A model generated the notes under the pieces. The model had not been told where the DNA came from. It saw only the letters and a list, made by a program, of their open reading frames with translations, and made no database searches. From a virus (Duplodnaviria > Caudoviricetes): a stretch of DNA of 53,203 nt. The translations under genes and the position numbers were made by a program. Shown here piece after piece: positions 35,541-44,951 of the stretch. Location: the IMG/VR virus record IMGVR_UViG_3300025096_000026, positions 1 through 53,203 of that record; one strand, written 5' to 3'. How positions within the stretch are numbered: the first letter of the stretch is position 1; the number at the start of each line of letters is the position of its first letter.

Positions 35541-35993
35541 TCACCTACTTTCTTTCTTTGCTATTTCATTGAGATGAACATCCCAATGCCGTTTGGCGCC
35601 ATTGAAGAGGCCCGAAATGTCCACCCCGGCGTCGCTTGGGGCCACTCCACTCAAAGGGGCTGCCTGTTGTCCTGGAGATCCTTGGGCCGGGGCGGGCGTC
35701 GTTCCCTCGAACAAGTCCACGCCGTTAAAGCCGTCGCCGCCGATGGCCGCCATTAATTTTGCTTTATGCTGTTTTAGGCTATCACTCTGCTCAGTTGTGA
35801 ATGCATTCCGTCTAAGACGCTCCACCATTGGATCTCCTTGCGGTGGCGCGCTGGCCACCACTTGCGGTGGGGATGAAACTCCTTTGGTTACTTCGGATAT
35901 AATTCCAGATAAAATCCCTTCCTCAAAAATGACTTCTTTGATACACTCTTTAATAAGAGGCTTTAAAATTTTCTTCAATTCTGTTTTTTTCAT
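35541..35993 (-). CDS. Hypothetical protein
   Basis: 150 aa; N-terminal ELKKILKPLIKECIKEVIFEE resembles the LKEIIKEE leader family. Confidence 0.7.
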   Translation of the reverse strand: MKKTELKKILKPLIKECIKEVIFEEGILSGIISEVTKGVSSPPQVVASAPPQGDPMVERLRRNAFTTEQSDSLKQHKAKLMAAIGGDGFNGVDLFEGTTPAPAQGSPGQQAAPLSGVAPSDAGVDISGLFNGAKRHWDVHLNEIAKKESR

Positions 35994-36994
35994 TGTATAC
36001 CTGCTAATACTTTCATGCGTCTGACGACACCTTCATTAATTTCTATTCTCCCTGTAGGGGTTGGCGCCATAATTTCTTCGCCCTTTGGAACAATTTCGAT
36101 ACGCACCGGCTTTCTAAGTGGCTCCTCTTCGTCAGGCAACGAAGGTACCGCAAGTGCCTTTACAAATGTCTTAATACGATCCATGATGGTGCGTTCCTTG
36201 GCTTGCGCTACTTTCGTTCTTAACAAATCAACAAGACCCAAAAGCATTTCGGTATCGTTAGCGTCCACCAGGCCAGCAACCCCGACTGTGCGCAAGACCA
36301 GGTCAATAGCGGGCCCTTCGACTACATTATCTGGAATAATGTCAATTCCCAGCTGATTGTCGTAGTCATTTAGCGTCGTGATAAACCCGGCGCCGGGTAA
36401 GTCAGTGGCTTTATAATTGAGTGCCTCATCCAGCTCTTTGAGGGCATCATCCGGTAACAGCGCAACCATAATGTCTGCTTGCGTATTAAGATTAGAATCA
36501 CGAATCAATAAAGTTAATTTATCAACAAGCTGTTCGTCAAGGCCTGGGAACTTGTCTAAAATTTCCATGTCGGGGAGCTGTCGAATCAGGTCGACCATAT
36601 CACGCCGAATCTCTAGAGAGTCGCCAGGCGCTTCTTTCCGAGCGAGCTGCATGATTTCATAAACTCTTCCAAAATTTGCGGCCACGTATTCGTCAGATAA
36701 ACACTTAGGAGGGAGCGAGAGAGCAATGTCCACTATATCTAGAAACATCTCCTCCATAGGCAGGATTATCGAGGTGTTATTAGAAATAGCACTTCCAACT
36801 TTTATTATGTCTTCAGTAAGAATAAGGGCGGCTTCAACAATAGCAAGCACGCATTCTCGGTTTTCTTCACCAACTATCGTCATCAGCCAGCGATGCAGCC
36901 TGGACCTTCCCTGCTGGACGCCGGCTTCAACTGACTGTGTGACGGCGCTTTTCAGACTCCTCGTCCCTTCTGTAAGACCACCGGAAGCACTCAC
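35990..36994 (-). CDS. Hypothetical protein (possible head-internal protein)
   Basis: 334 aa; ends RRMKVLAGIQ, similar to the scaffold C-terminus. Confidence 0.65.
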   Translation of the reverse strand: MSASGGLTEGTRSLKSAVTQSVEAGVQQGRSRLHRWLMTIVGEENRECVLAIVEAALILTEDIIKVGSAISNNTSIILPMEEMFLDIVDIALSLPPKCLSDEYVAANFGRVYEIMQLARKEAPGDSLEIRRDMVDLIRQLPDMEILDKFPGLDEQLVDKLTLLIRDSNLNTQADIMVALLPDDALKELDEALNYKATDLPGAGFITTLNDYDNQLGIDIIPDNVVEGPAIDLVLRTVGVAGLVDANDTEMLLGLVDLLRTKVAQAKERTIMDRIKTFVKALAVPSLPDEEEPLRKPVRIEIVPKGEEIMAPTPTGRIEINEGVVRRMKVLAGIQ

Positions 36995-36999
36995 TCTGC

Positions 37000-37599
37000 T
37001 TATTCTCCCACAATGTCGTTTAATAAATTAATTATTTTGTTTTTCTTTTCAACGTGCTCGTTCATGAGCTTGTTTTCGCTAAGTCCCATAAAGGCGCCGG
37101 GTGTCGACGGCTCCGAAACGATATCGAAGCAGATGAGTTGAAAGTCATCTTCAACGATTGTTTGTCCTTGCCGCTCAGTGACCGACCCCATTCCACGAGA
37201 AGAGATACCGATCTTAACACCAGCATCCACTAGCGAACGCAGGATTTGCCCTGCGGGAGTGTCCAACACCTTGCACTTACCCATAACCGTCATGCCATCC
37301 ATCCATATATCTGTAACCATATGCGAGACATTAACAAGATTAATGATTGAAGAGTCAGGGTGGTCAAGTTCGCCCAGGGCGCGGTTGTCGTCGACAATAC
37401 TCTTATATCGATCTACTTCTCGCCGCAAGACACCTTCAGGGTATACGCGCTTGTTGCCATTTTCAGTGTTGCACTTCTGCATGGGACCTGTGATAAACAT
37501 GGCCCCTTCCCGAACCATCCTCTTCTCGGCTTCAGTCAGAAGATCCTGACAGACACCGCCTTCGCATAGTTCATAAAATTCTCGGAGAAGTTGGGGCAT
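37000..37599 (-). CDS. Prohead maturation protease (T4 gp21-like)
   Basis: NGNKRVYP, ALGELDHP, VSH, GISSRGMGS and FDIVSEPSTPGA. Confidence 0.93.
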   Translation of the reverse strand: MPQLLREFYELCEGGVCQDLLTEAEKRMVREGAMFITGPMQKCNTENGNKRVYPEGVLRREVDRYKSIVDDNRALGELDHPDSSIINLVNVSHMVTDIWMDGMTVMGKCKVLDTPAGQILRSLVDAGVKIGISSRGMGSVTERQGQTIVEDDFQLICFDIVSEPSTPGAFMGLSENKLMNEHVEKKNKIINLLNDIVGE

Positions 37600-37602
37600 A
37601 AT

Positions 37603-37908
37603 TTATTCCTCTTCCGCGGCGGGCTCTCCCATGGGGCCGCTGCCACTAAAGCCGCCTTCGGGGGGAGGCCCATCGGGGGCGCCCATGACTTGGTCAATTG
37701 CATCTCTGGCCGCGGCCATTCCCGCAGCAAACGCCTCTTCGGGAGAAAGCTGACTGATGTCATCAACATGAACCTCTGTGCCTGGGGCGCTAATATCAAT
37801 TGCTTCGCCATCCATTTCGCCGCATTCGTCAAGCTCCTCGCCACGATTCACTGTCTCGTTTAAGAAGTATCTTGGGTCTATTCTTTTTACATTTTTTCTG
37901 CGTGCCAT
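37603..37908 (-). CDS. Hypothetical acidic protein
   Basis: 101 aa; basic N-terminus followed by YFLNE and an acidic body. Confidence 0.7.
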   Translation of the reverse strand: MARRKNVKRIDPRYFLNETVNRGEELDECGEMDGEAIDISAPGTEVHVDDISQLSPEEAFAAGMAAARDAIDQVMGAPDGPPPEGGFSGSGPMGEPAAEEE

Positions 37909-37929
37909 TATATTATTCCTTTAAAGTAG

Positions 37930-37980
37930 TCAACTGCCCGAGCAGCATCGTCGAACTGGTTGGATCATCCATTTTTTCAT
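37930..37980 (-). CDS. 16-aa micro-ORF MKKWMIQPVRRCCSGS
   Basis: Not in the ORF track. GGAGGT SD, ATGA overlap with the upstream stop, and it fills the intergenic gap. Confidence 0.5.
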   Translation of the reverse strand: MKKWMIQPVRRCCSGS

Positions 37981-38297
37981 GATTGCTCACCTCCTTTGTG
38001 GACCACACGGATCCCGTAATCCTCGACCAACATACTCAAAAAGTATGATGTTCCAGCACTAATGCAACCGCACATGAACGCTGTCATGGGCTGATTGCTA
38101 AAACTAAATAGTTCTGTATAGGGACTTACGCCCCATAGAAACACACCAACCCAAAATCCCATGCACAGATGGCAATGGAATAAGCGGCCAAAGCCCCACA
38201 TTGATTTACAAGGTGGGCGGATCTTATTAAAGATGTGTCCGTGTATAATGATAAATGTCATGCCGTATGCGGCAAGTATAAAATGTAATAGTTCCAT
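37977..38297 (-). CDS. Membrane protein with a CxxC motif (DUF1360-like)
   Basis: About three hydrophobic segments and the motif LFHCHLCMGFWVG. Confidence 0.65.
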   Translation of the reverse strand: MELLHFILAAYGMTFIIIHGHIFNKIRPPCKSMWGFGRLFHCHLCMGFWVGVFLWGVSPYTELFSFSNQPMTAFMCGCISAGTSYFLSMLVEDYGIRVVHKGGEQS

Positions 38298-38310
38298 TAA
38301 TTCTTCTTTT

Positions 38311-38937
38311 CTATATGTTGTCCGGCATATCGACAGTGCGGCCTTTGTTGTTATCCCGTAAATACTCTTCTAGTTCTGCTGTTATATCCCAATCAGGATC
38401 AATAGGCTCGCCGGGGGCTTTTTTGCCGATGGCCGCGATTATAAATTTTATAAATTCCTTTTCAACGTCCCCGTCGAGCATACGCGCAACATGATCGTCC
38501 ATATCCAATTTAGATATATTGCCTCCCGGTCGCTCCTCGTCGTCGACCTGATACATTTTCAAAATAAAGTCTGCACTACTGTTAGCTCTTGCGAAGATCT
38601 TTTTAGCGGAGCTAAGACCAGGAATTTCACCAGTTAATACATCGAAAAAAGCTTTTCTATTTTTATATTGTATTCCACAATTAAGTGTTGCCAATAAGTC
38701 TCCCCACGTTTCAAGATCCCCTTGCCTTGATAACAGCTCTGGAAATTTTTTCTCACAATAATCTTGTTGAAGTGTGGCATCCATTTTATCAAATCCTTTA
38801 GCAAGTTTGTTTCTAACGTTTCCCAACATGCCGATGGCCTTATCGCGCATAGATTGCGGCGGAGCGGGTGGATTGGGCGGATTCTGTTCTTGCAAAAACT
38901 CGCGCCACCCTTCCATTATGAGCTTCATCTCACTCAT
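38311..38937 (-). CDS. Hypothetical protein (possible head-internal protein)
   Basis: N-terminal MKLIMEGWREFLQE followed by a Pro-rich linker. Confidence 0.7.
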   Translation of the reverse strand: MSEMKLIMEGWREFLQEQNPPNPPAPPQSMRDKAIGMLGNVRNKLAKGFDKMDATLQQDYCEKKFPELLSRQGDLETWGDLLATLNCGIQYKNRKAFFDVLTGEIPGLSSAKKIFARANSSADFILKMYQVDDEERPGGNISKLDMDDHVARMLDGDVEKEFIKFIIAAIGKKAPGEPIDPDWDITAELEEYLRDNNKGRTVDMPDNI

Positions 38938-38940
38938 GGA

Positions 38941-39447
38941 TTAATACCTATTTCTGAGTGGGTAGTAGTAGTAGCCAGGACGCATCGAGCCCTTCTCGGC
39001 ATACTGGGGTACCTCGCCGTATTCGGTGGAATTGCGGTCAGAGGGGTGGGTATACATGTCTTCGAGTTCTTGCTCGTACTGATCGGCGACGTGCTCGTGG
39101 GCCGCCTCATAGTTAAGAAATTCACTAATAACCAAAACAGTAGCCTGTAATGAATTAATTTGTTCATTTTCAAAAATGGCGCCCTCTAGGGAGCGAAAAA
39201 GATTGCCCCCCTGAACGCTCGCACGATCCACAACGCCCTTCGATGCCAGCAACTCAAACAAACGACTCTGATAATCATATACATCGTCCGATGCTAACGA
39301 TTTTGGAAAAGTGACCACCTTCATTTGATCTGGAACTATTGCTATGTCAATCTTGGTATGATCCATGATGAGCAGAGAACCGTCCAACGCTCGTCGAGCG
39401 TTTAGCTCCACGGTCATCTGGGGGCCACCTACTTTGATTTTAATCAT
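38941..39447 (-). CDS. Hypothetical protein in the head-assembly cluster
   Basis: 168 aa; overlaps the upstream gene. Confidence 0.7.
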   Translation of the reverse strand: MIKIKVGGPQMTVELNARRALDGSLLIMDHTKIDIAIVPDQMKVVTFPKSLASDDVYDYQSRLFELLASKGVVDRASVQGGNLFRSLEGAIFENEQINSLQATVLVISEFLNYEAAHEHVADQYEQELEDMYTHPSDRNSTEYGEVPQYAEKGSMRPGYYYYPLRNRY

Positions 39448-40252
39448 TGGGACGCAATTCCTTTACAAGTTCCTGTGTCTTCAGCACCTTACTAAGGTCG
39501 GCCTCAGTGAAGTCGCGCTTACGAAATTCTTCTAAATAGGCTAGAACTTCCTGTGATTTTTTAACAATCAAGGGCTCAAAATCGGGATCCTCGGTCCGCT
39601 CAATCACCCCCTTAAGTCGGGATAACTCTTCGTTAAGATAAAGTCGCAACTCAAACCCATCATCGGCAAAGCTCGTGATGTATCTATTCAATAAATCTTT
39701 TTGTTCTTTTAAGAGGGAGTGATATTTGTTGTTAAACTTTTGGATAAAAGAGTTGTATGTGATGCTATCTAATGCTTCTAAGCGTTCCGATAGAGCATTT
39801 TCATTTATGCTGCTCATCCTATCAACCACAGCTTGCTCAAATAAAACACGCTTTTTCACACTAGTTTTATTGGTAAAGATAGCATTAACAGACGCCAAAG
39901 ACTTAAAATTGGGCACAAAAGTGCTCCATATTTCTTGACCCAAATTCTTATTCATTGCTGAAATTAATTTAGACTGTGTGTCAAACAATGCATTTTCATC
40001 TAATTGTGCGTACGCTACTTTGGTCTCGTGCAGGAGTCTCTCGGCAATCTTGGGCTGAGTGTTGGTGGTTTCTAGTAAAATGCGATAAAGATCTAACTCT
40101 TGTGCTAAGAGCTTGCCGGGCGTAAAAAATTCCTTAAGAATCGGCATGATTTCGTTTTTTCGATCGAGATTCTTCTCAACAATGGCCTTAGTAAAGGCTC
40201 GCGTTAATGTTTCATAAATAAATGCTGTATTGCGCTTCTTGTTATGTTTCAT
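39440..40252 (-). CDS. Hypothetical protein downstream of the portal gene
   Basis: 270 aa, helical; starts MKHNKKRNTAFIYE and overlaps the portal stop. Confidence 0.75.
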   Translation of the reverse strand: MKHNKKRNTAFIYETLTRAFTKAIVEKNLDRKNEIMPILKEFFTPGKLLAQELDLYRILLETTNTQPKIAERLLHETKVAYAQLDENALFDTQSKLISAMNKNLGQEIWSTFVPNFKSLASVNAIFTNKTSVKKRVLFEQAVVDRMSSINENALSERLEALDSITYNSFIQKFNNKYHSLLKEQKDLLNRYITSFADDGFELRLYLNEELSRLKGVIERTEDPDFEPLIVKKSQEVLAYLEEFRKRDFTEADLSKVLKTQELVKELRPND

Positions 40253-42155
40253 CCTTTTCCGCCTCTTTCTTCTCTAATTGTTCTACAAGTCTTCGAACTT
40301 GCACAGTATTTTCAACCAAGCGAGTTTCATTCTTGTTATAAATAGATTCCTTTCGACGTTTCGAACCATATCCCAGTGATGCAGCACTCATGTCGCCCAA
40401 CGGATTACCCATACCAGAACCAGCATTTTGACGATAAGTGTTGGTCTCGGGTCCTAACGAACTCCTGGTCTCCCGACGGAAGGGGCCCCCATAGGTCCTC
40501 CCATCACGCGGACCATCATCACGCCGGCCGGGTGCCGTAAGGAGCGCAGTATCATCTGCGGCTTCGGCATCTGCACCGAGGTCACCCGCCTCTGCGCCAC
40601 CAAGATCACCCAGGTCACCACCCAGGTCACCCTCGTCCCCCAGGTCTCCCAAATCATCCAGATCCCCTAGACCACCTCCGGCTTCATCAGCGGCGGCCTG
40701 CTCGGTGACCGATTCTAGTGCTTGCTGATACTTACGATCATAAAAGGATTCACGTTGATTACGCAAGAACTCCTCATCAGAAAGACCAAGAATGTTGCTG
40801 GCGATCCAACGCTTGCTGTAGGTGCCCTCCGGAACACTTCCGGCGGTATCGAATTTGGTTCGCAAGTATTCTAAAGTTTGCAACTCAGCCAAACGAGAAG
40901 GGTTGTTTAACGACAAATCAAAACTTATAAGATCCTCGCCGCGGAAGCCAAGAGTGTATAAGTGAACAACTGCTACTTTTTCTAGCTCCGTAATAAAGGG
41001 TCGCTGCAGCCTCTGAATGGTGCGTGCAAACCGGATGTCTTTCTGGGCTAATGTTGTTTTATCTTCCGTGTCCCCCTCAAGATTTGTCAAATAAGATTGA
41101 GGAATCTTAATCGCCGAGAACAGTTTATCGCGCATGTATTTCACATCTTCGATGTCGTCCAAAGATTTAGCTCCCGGAAGTGAAGTGATGTCAGAACCGA
41201 TGCCACCTCGCATGGGAATAAAGTAGTCTTCTTCAAGCGACAAAGGATTGTAACGAAGGTCGACGCGGCCCGTAGTAGCATCAACCAGAGCATTTCTCTT
41301 CATCTCACTTTTAACTTTCTCCATGTACTGCGCAACATCATTTGGCGGAATGTTGCCCACATCAATTTTGAATACTCGACGCTCCGGAGCGCGAACAACG
41401 CGGTAGGCAATCATCGCATCTTCTAGGAGCGTGAGCTGGCGCCATATGCGGCGAGCAGGGTCAAAGACCGAAGTGCCGTAAGGGGCATGCCTATCGTTTC
41501 CTAAGACACGAAAATGTGCAATCTGCCAGTTCTCAAAAGTCATTCCGGCACCATTCCACTGATATTGAATATAATTGGGATTTGTGGGGTCTTGCCCCTC
41601 CAATCTCTCCACCTCCGTATTGGGGAGGCCGATAAGAGAAGTCACTCCCAGGTTCTCGTCTACATCGAGATACATAAAGAGATCCCCGTATTTACACATC
41701 GAGCGGCTCCAACCAAATGCATTAGCCTCGATGTTTAAAACATCATAAAACAGAGAAGTTAAAATAGTTTTAATTTCCAGATTCATGCATGAAATGTTAA
41801 GAAGCCGGTCAAACTCATTTGAAGTAGTCATCTCATCTGCATAAATGTCAAGGGCCGCGGCAAGCTCCGGTGTGTATTCCATCTGTTCGAAGTCAATATA
41901 TCTCTCAGCCCTGTTTTGGTTACGGAAGGCGGCCGAGGTCAACATGTTGAAATTTTGCGACATGTTGTTGTCGGAACGACGGAATTCCTGACCACTCATA
42001 GAGCGGAATCTATAACGGTATTTATCTAAATCATTCCGGCGCTCCTGATGGGCTAGCTGCGCCCGATAATTAATAATCGGGCCCGAGAGTAATCGCGTGA
42101 GCCTCCTAAATAAAGGCGCTCCTGGGTTTCTGGGGTTTCTTTCGTTTTTGGCCAT
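40242..42155 (-). CDS. Portal protein (T4 gp20-like)
   Basis: ALDIYADE, CKYGD, EDAMIAYRVVRAPERRVFKIDVGN, EEDYFIP.RG and SLPG; acidic Gly-rich tail. Confidence 0.95.
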   Translation of the reverse strand: MAKNERNPRNPGAPLFRRLTRLLSGPIINYRAQLAHQERRNDLDKYRYRFRSMSGQEFRRSDNNMSQNFNMLTSAAFRNQNRAERYIDFEQMEYTPELAAALDIYADEMTTSNEFDRLLNISCMNLEIKTILTSLFYDVLNIEANAFGWSRSMCKYGDLFMYLDVDENLGVTSLIGLPNTEVERLEGQDPTNPNYIQYQWNGAGMTFENWQIAHFRVLGNDRHAPYGTSVFDPARRIWRQLTLLEDAMIAYRVVRAPERRVFKIDVGNIPPNDVAQYMEKVKSEMKRNALVDATTGRVDLRYNPLSLEEDYFIPMRGGIGSDITSLPGAKSLDDIEDVKYMRDKLFSAIKIPQSYLTNLEGDTEDKTTLAQKDIRFARTIQRLQRPFITELEKVAVVHLYTLGFRGEDLISFDLSLNNPSRLAELQTLEYLRTKFDTAGSVPEGTYSKRWIASNILGLSDEEFLRNQRESFYDRKYQQALESVTEQAAADEAGGGLGDLDDLGDLGDEGDLGGDLGDLGGAEAGDLGADAEAADDTALLTAPGRRDDGPRDGRTYGGPFRRETRSSLGPETNTYRQNAGSGMGNPLGDMSAASLGYGSKRRKESIYNKNETRLVENTVQVRRLVEQLEKKEAEKDET

Positions 42156-42157
42156 TT

Positions 42158-43744
42158 TTATCCTTTAATCAATCCTAAATATTGCTCGTTAAAGCTTTGT
42201 CCTTCGCTAGTCCTCTGAGATTCTTTGGTAGTTTGATGTTCTCGCATACCGGGTATCGTGGTTGAAATCCTTGTATCGGAGGTTGAAATCGATGACAAAA
42301 ACTGTTTACTGTATTCCACATTTTTCTGATTCTCAACAATCACCGTATCTCTTACCCAGCATCCAATTGCGAAGGACATAACCAAGTCGTCATTATAACT
42401 ACGCATTGCCTGAGGTCTTCCCGCTTGCCAAATAAAAGTTTTCATTTCTGAAAGCAGACGGTTAGAGTTAATCTTAATTAGTTTGTTTCTCATAAACTCT
42501 TCCATCTTGGCGACGATAAGAGGCCTCGTTTTAGATGAGGTCGTAAAGCCTGGTATAACATTAGTTTGCCATTGAGCCGAGACAGGGTCGACGTATTGAT
42601 GGTCTCCTTTGGAAGAATGATATAGATTAGGATACCCTTTATCCAACAATTTTTTAAGTACTGCAAAGCCTATGTTATTATTTTCTATAACCAGCATAGG
42701 ATTTCCATACTCGCCAGCAACGCTCCACAAGATCTCTGCAAATTCATCAGGTGTAGGCTTGCCAACGTATTCAGCCACTACCTCCATTGTTTCTAGTTCA
42801 AAAACGTGAAAGGCGCTGTTGTCTTTCCCGTCGCCCCGGGCGACATCAGCACAAATCAAATGAGCCTTTTCAGGATTGAAGTGTTTCCAAATCCAATAAT
42901 TACGGTCGAACCCAGTACGATATTCAGGTGTCACTACTCTTTCTAAATACCATTGAATGTCATCGGGATGAATAACAGTCTCCCCTGAGACATTAAAGTT
43001 GCACTCCAATTCTTGAGCAATTTGTCGTTTCGACATGTTGCGCGTCTCTTTATCAAACCAAGCCTTGTCTCTATCTGGATGGGTGTCCCACATAAGAGTG
43101 GTCATATAAAAGTCGTTTGTTCCAGCCTCGGCTTCGACACAATTTTGATGGAACCAGTTGCCTACGCCGTTGGGAGTAGAGAGAGCAATGCAGCGACCAC
43201 CAGTAGACAGGGTGGGATACAACGCAGTCCAAAGCTCATCTAGTTTTTCAACGTGAGCAGCCTCATCAATCACCAACAAAGAAAGGGCCTCAGATCGGCC
43301 GGCGTCGCCCGATGTCGAAGAGCCCTTAATTTGTGACCCGTTTGAAAGTTCAAATGATGTACGATTGTCGACAGTAATAGACGCAATTTGCATCCACTGT
43401 GGGAGGTTCTTAATGATGGCTTTGACTTTTTTGACCAGGTTGGTGGCTGTCTGCAGTTTTGTCGCAACCACCAAAATGTTTTTATCTCGATGAAACAACA
43501 TCAGCCAACTAACATAAGCTGCTGTAATCGTAGAGATTCCCAGCTGCCGCGCCTTGAGAATAATGTTAAACCGATAATCGGTATAGTCTTTTAGAAGCTG
43601 CTCCTGATAATCATACGCCCTGAACGGAATCGTTCCCCTTTGAGGGTGGGAGATGCGGGCATAATTGGTTGTAAAATAAACCGGGTCTTTGCCCGCCTTG
43701 ACAATCTCTTTTAAAACTTCTTCTTTGGTGAGTACGTCGGGCAT
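42158..43744 (-). CDS. terL: Terminase large subunit (T4 gp17-like)
   Basis: LKARQLGIST (Walker A), LVIDEAAH (Walker B), LSTPNG, ADVARGDGKDNSAF, IENN and NDDLVMS. Confidence 0.95.
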   Translation of the reverse strand: MPDVLTKEEVLKEIVKAGKDPVYFTTNYARISHPQRGTIPFRAYDYQEQLLKDYTDYRFNIILKARQLGISTITAAYVSWLMLFHRDKNILVVATKLQTATNLVKKVKAIIKNLPQWMQIASITVDNRTSFELSNGSQIKGSSTSGDAGRSEALSLLVIDEAAHVEKLDELWTALYPTLSTGGRCIALSTPNGVGNWFHQNCVEAEAGTNDFYMTTLMWDTHPDRDKAWFDKETRNMSKRQIAQELECNFNVSGETVIHPDDIQWYLERVVTPEYRTGFDRNYWIWKHFNPEKAHLICADVARGDGKDNSAFHVFELETMEVVAEYVGKPTPDEFAEILWSVAGEYGNPMLVIENNNIGFAVLKKLLDKGYPNLYHSSKGDHQYVDPVSAQWQTNVIPGFTTSSKTRPLIVAKMEEFMRNKLIKINSNRLLSEMKTFIWQAGRPQAMRSYNDDLVMSFAIGCWVRDTVIVENQKNVEYSKQFLSSISTSDTRISTTIPGMREHQTTKESQRTSEGQSFNEQYLGLIKG

Positions 43745-43760
43745 GACATTTGTTGCTTAC

Positions 43761-44309
43761 CTATCGAGTATCATTTTTAGGTCGACCCTTTGGGCCCAAA
43801 GAAAGCCAGTTGCGAATTGAGTCATCAAGCTTTCGATTTGGTTCCTCAGCATCTCCACCAGTACCAGGAAGGCCTGTGGGGGCCATGCCGCCAATACGAT
43901 AATCACAGTGAGCGAGACAGTCTGTGCGGTAATTTGATAACCTATCCACTCGAATGTGGTGCTCCCCCTCAAGGGTTAATGAAAGGGTGTTGCCAGTAAT
44001 GGCTTTGTATTCTTTCTTTAAGAACTTAACAATGTCTTTAAGTTGGGCAACAATCGTGTCTTCAAAATCATTCTTTTGAACATCCTTGATTAAAACTTCT
44101 GCTTGGTATTTTATTCTCAACAACGGGCCATGAAAGGACACCTTAAATCCATCCATAACTCGACGATCATTAATAAAATCGCCGTCTTCGCGCTTTAGGC
44201 CCGGGCTTCGTGCTTTGCCGTCGGCCGACAGAGATTCGTCGTGCGACCCATCATAGGCGTTAGCGGCTGCTTGATTAATTCCTTGAATGATTTCGTATAC
44301 TGTTGCCAT
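43761..44309 (-). CDS. Hypothetical protein
   Basis: Likely start MATVYEII at 44309 (GGAAG SD), adjacent to the upstream stop. Confidence 0.7.
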   Translation of the reverse strand: MATVYEIIQGINQAAANAYDGSHDESLSADGKARSPGLKREDGDFINDRRVMDGFKVSFHGPLLRIKYQAEVLIKDVQKNDFEDTIVAQLKDIVKFLKKEYKAITGNTLSLTLEGEHHIRVDRLSNYRTDCLAHCDYRIGGMAPTGLPGTGGDAEEPNRKLDDSIRNWLSLGPKGRPKNDTR

Positions 44310-44310
44310 G

Positions 44311-44697
44311 TTATTCTTCCTTGTCGGGTCTCCAACCGGATTCCCATCTTTCTTCTCTTCCCTCAATCCACTGCACATAACATTTAAAGCAAGCTTCAAA
44401 CTTACTCATGTACAAATCATCACGAGGATGAAAAGAATAAATAGAACATATAGGACAGGTCCTATTGTGATCTCTAATAAGTAGTTTTTTATTTATTAAA
44501 AATCCGTCTTCTTCTACTTTGTCTTGAGTTTCAGCTAATTTGGCAAACTTACGTTGCTCTTCTCGGGATTGAACAATGTAATCTTTCTCTTTGGTGTCGT
44601 CCCAAAATCGACGAGGATTATTAATTGCTTCTTCGCCATATTTCTGGGCGATTGCCTTCTCAAGTTTGGGAATGTAATTAGCATCTTTTTCAGTCAT
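44311..44697 (-). CDS. Hypothetical zinc-finger protein
   Basis: CPIC...CFKC; probable start MTEKDANY at 44697. Confidence 0.65.
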   Translation of the reverse strand: MTEKDANYIPKLEKAIAQKYGEEAINNPRRFWDDTKEKDYIVQSREEQRKFAKLAETQDKVEEDGFLINKKLLIRDHNRTCPICSIYSFHPRDDLYMSKFEACFKCYVQWIEGREERWESGWRPDKEE

Positions 44698-44914
44698 CGG
44701 CAACATCATCCAGATAGGGCTTAAGAGCATCCGCCAGTAAAGCCAAGAGGCGGGGGCTGCTTACAATAGCTTCAAGAACCGAAGGAGTGAAGGCAAGAGC
44801 TTCTCTATCTGCCCCATCCGTCCCTTGATCGGTGTATGAAGCATCGCTCCACGCATCTAGATCAATGTTCTTGTCTTCCAAAATAATATTTCGTATCGTG
44901 TCCAATATCGTCAT
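44690..44914 (-). CDS. Hypothetical protein
   Basis: 74 aa; AAGGA SD; N-terminal IRNIILE. Confidence 0.55.
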   Translation of the reverse strand: MTILDTIRNIILEDKNIDLDAWSDASYTDQGTDGADREALAFTPSVLEAIVSSPRLLALLADALKPYLDDVADD

Positions 44915-44951
44915 TGTTTTTATATCCTTTCTTTATGCTCGCGTATCATGA

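Noticed and set aside
37921-37932. Selenocysteine readthrough of the TGA after CCSGS
   Set aside because: Readthrough would add only two residues before TAA, and no SECIS-like hairpin is evident.
533-43744. Inteins, introns or homing endonucleases in helicase, RecA, polymerase, portal or terminase
   Set aside because: The proteins are of normal or short length with contiguous motifs; no intein termini or LAGLIDADG/HNH motifs were seen.
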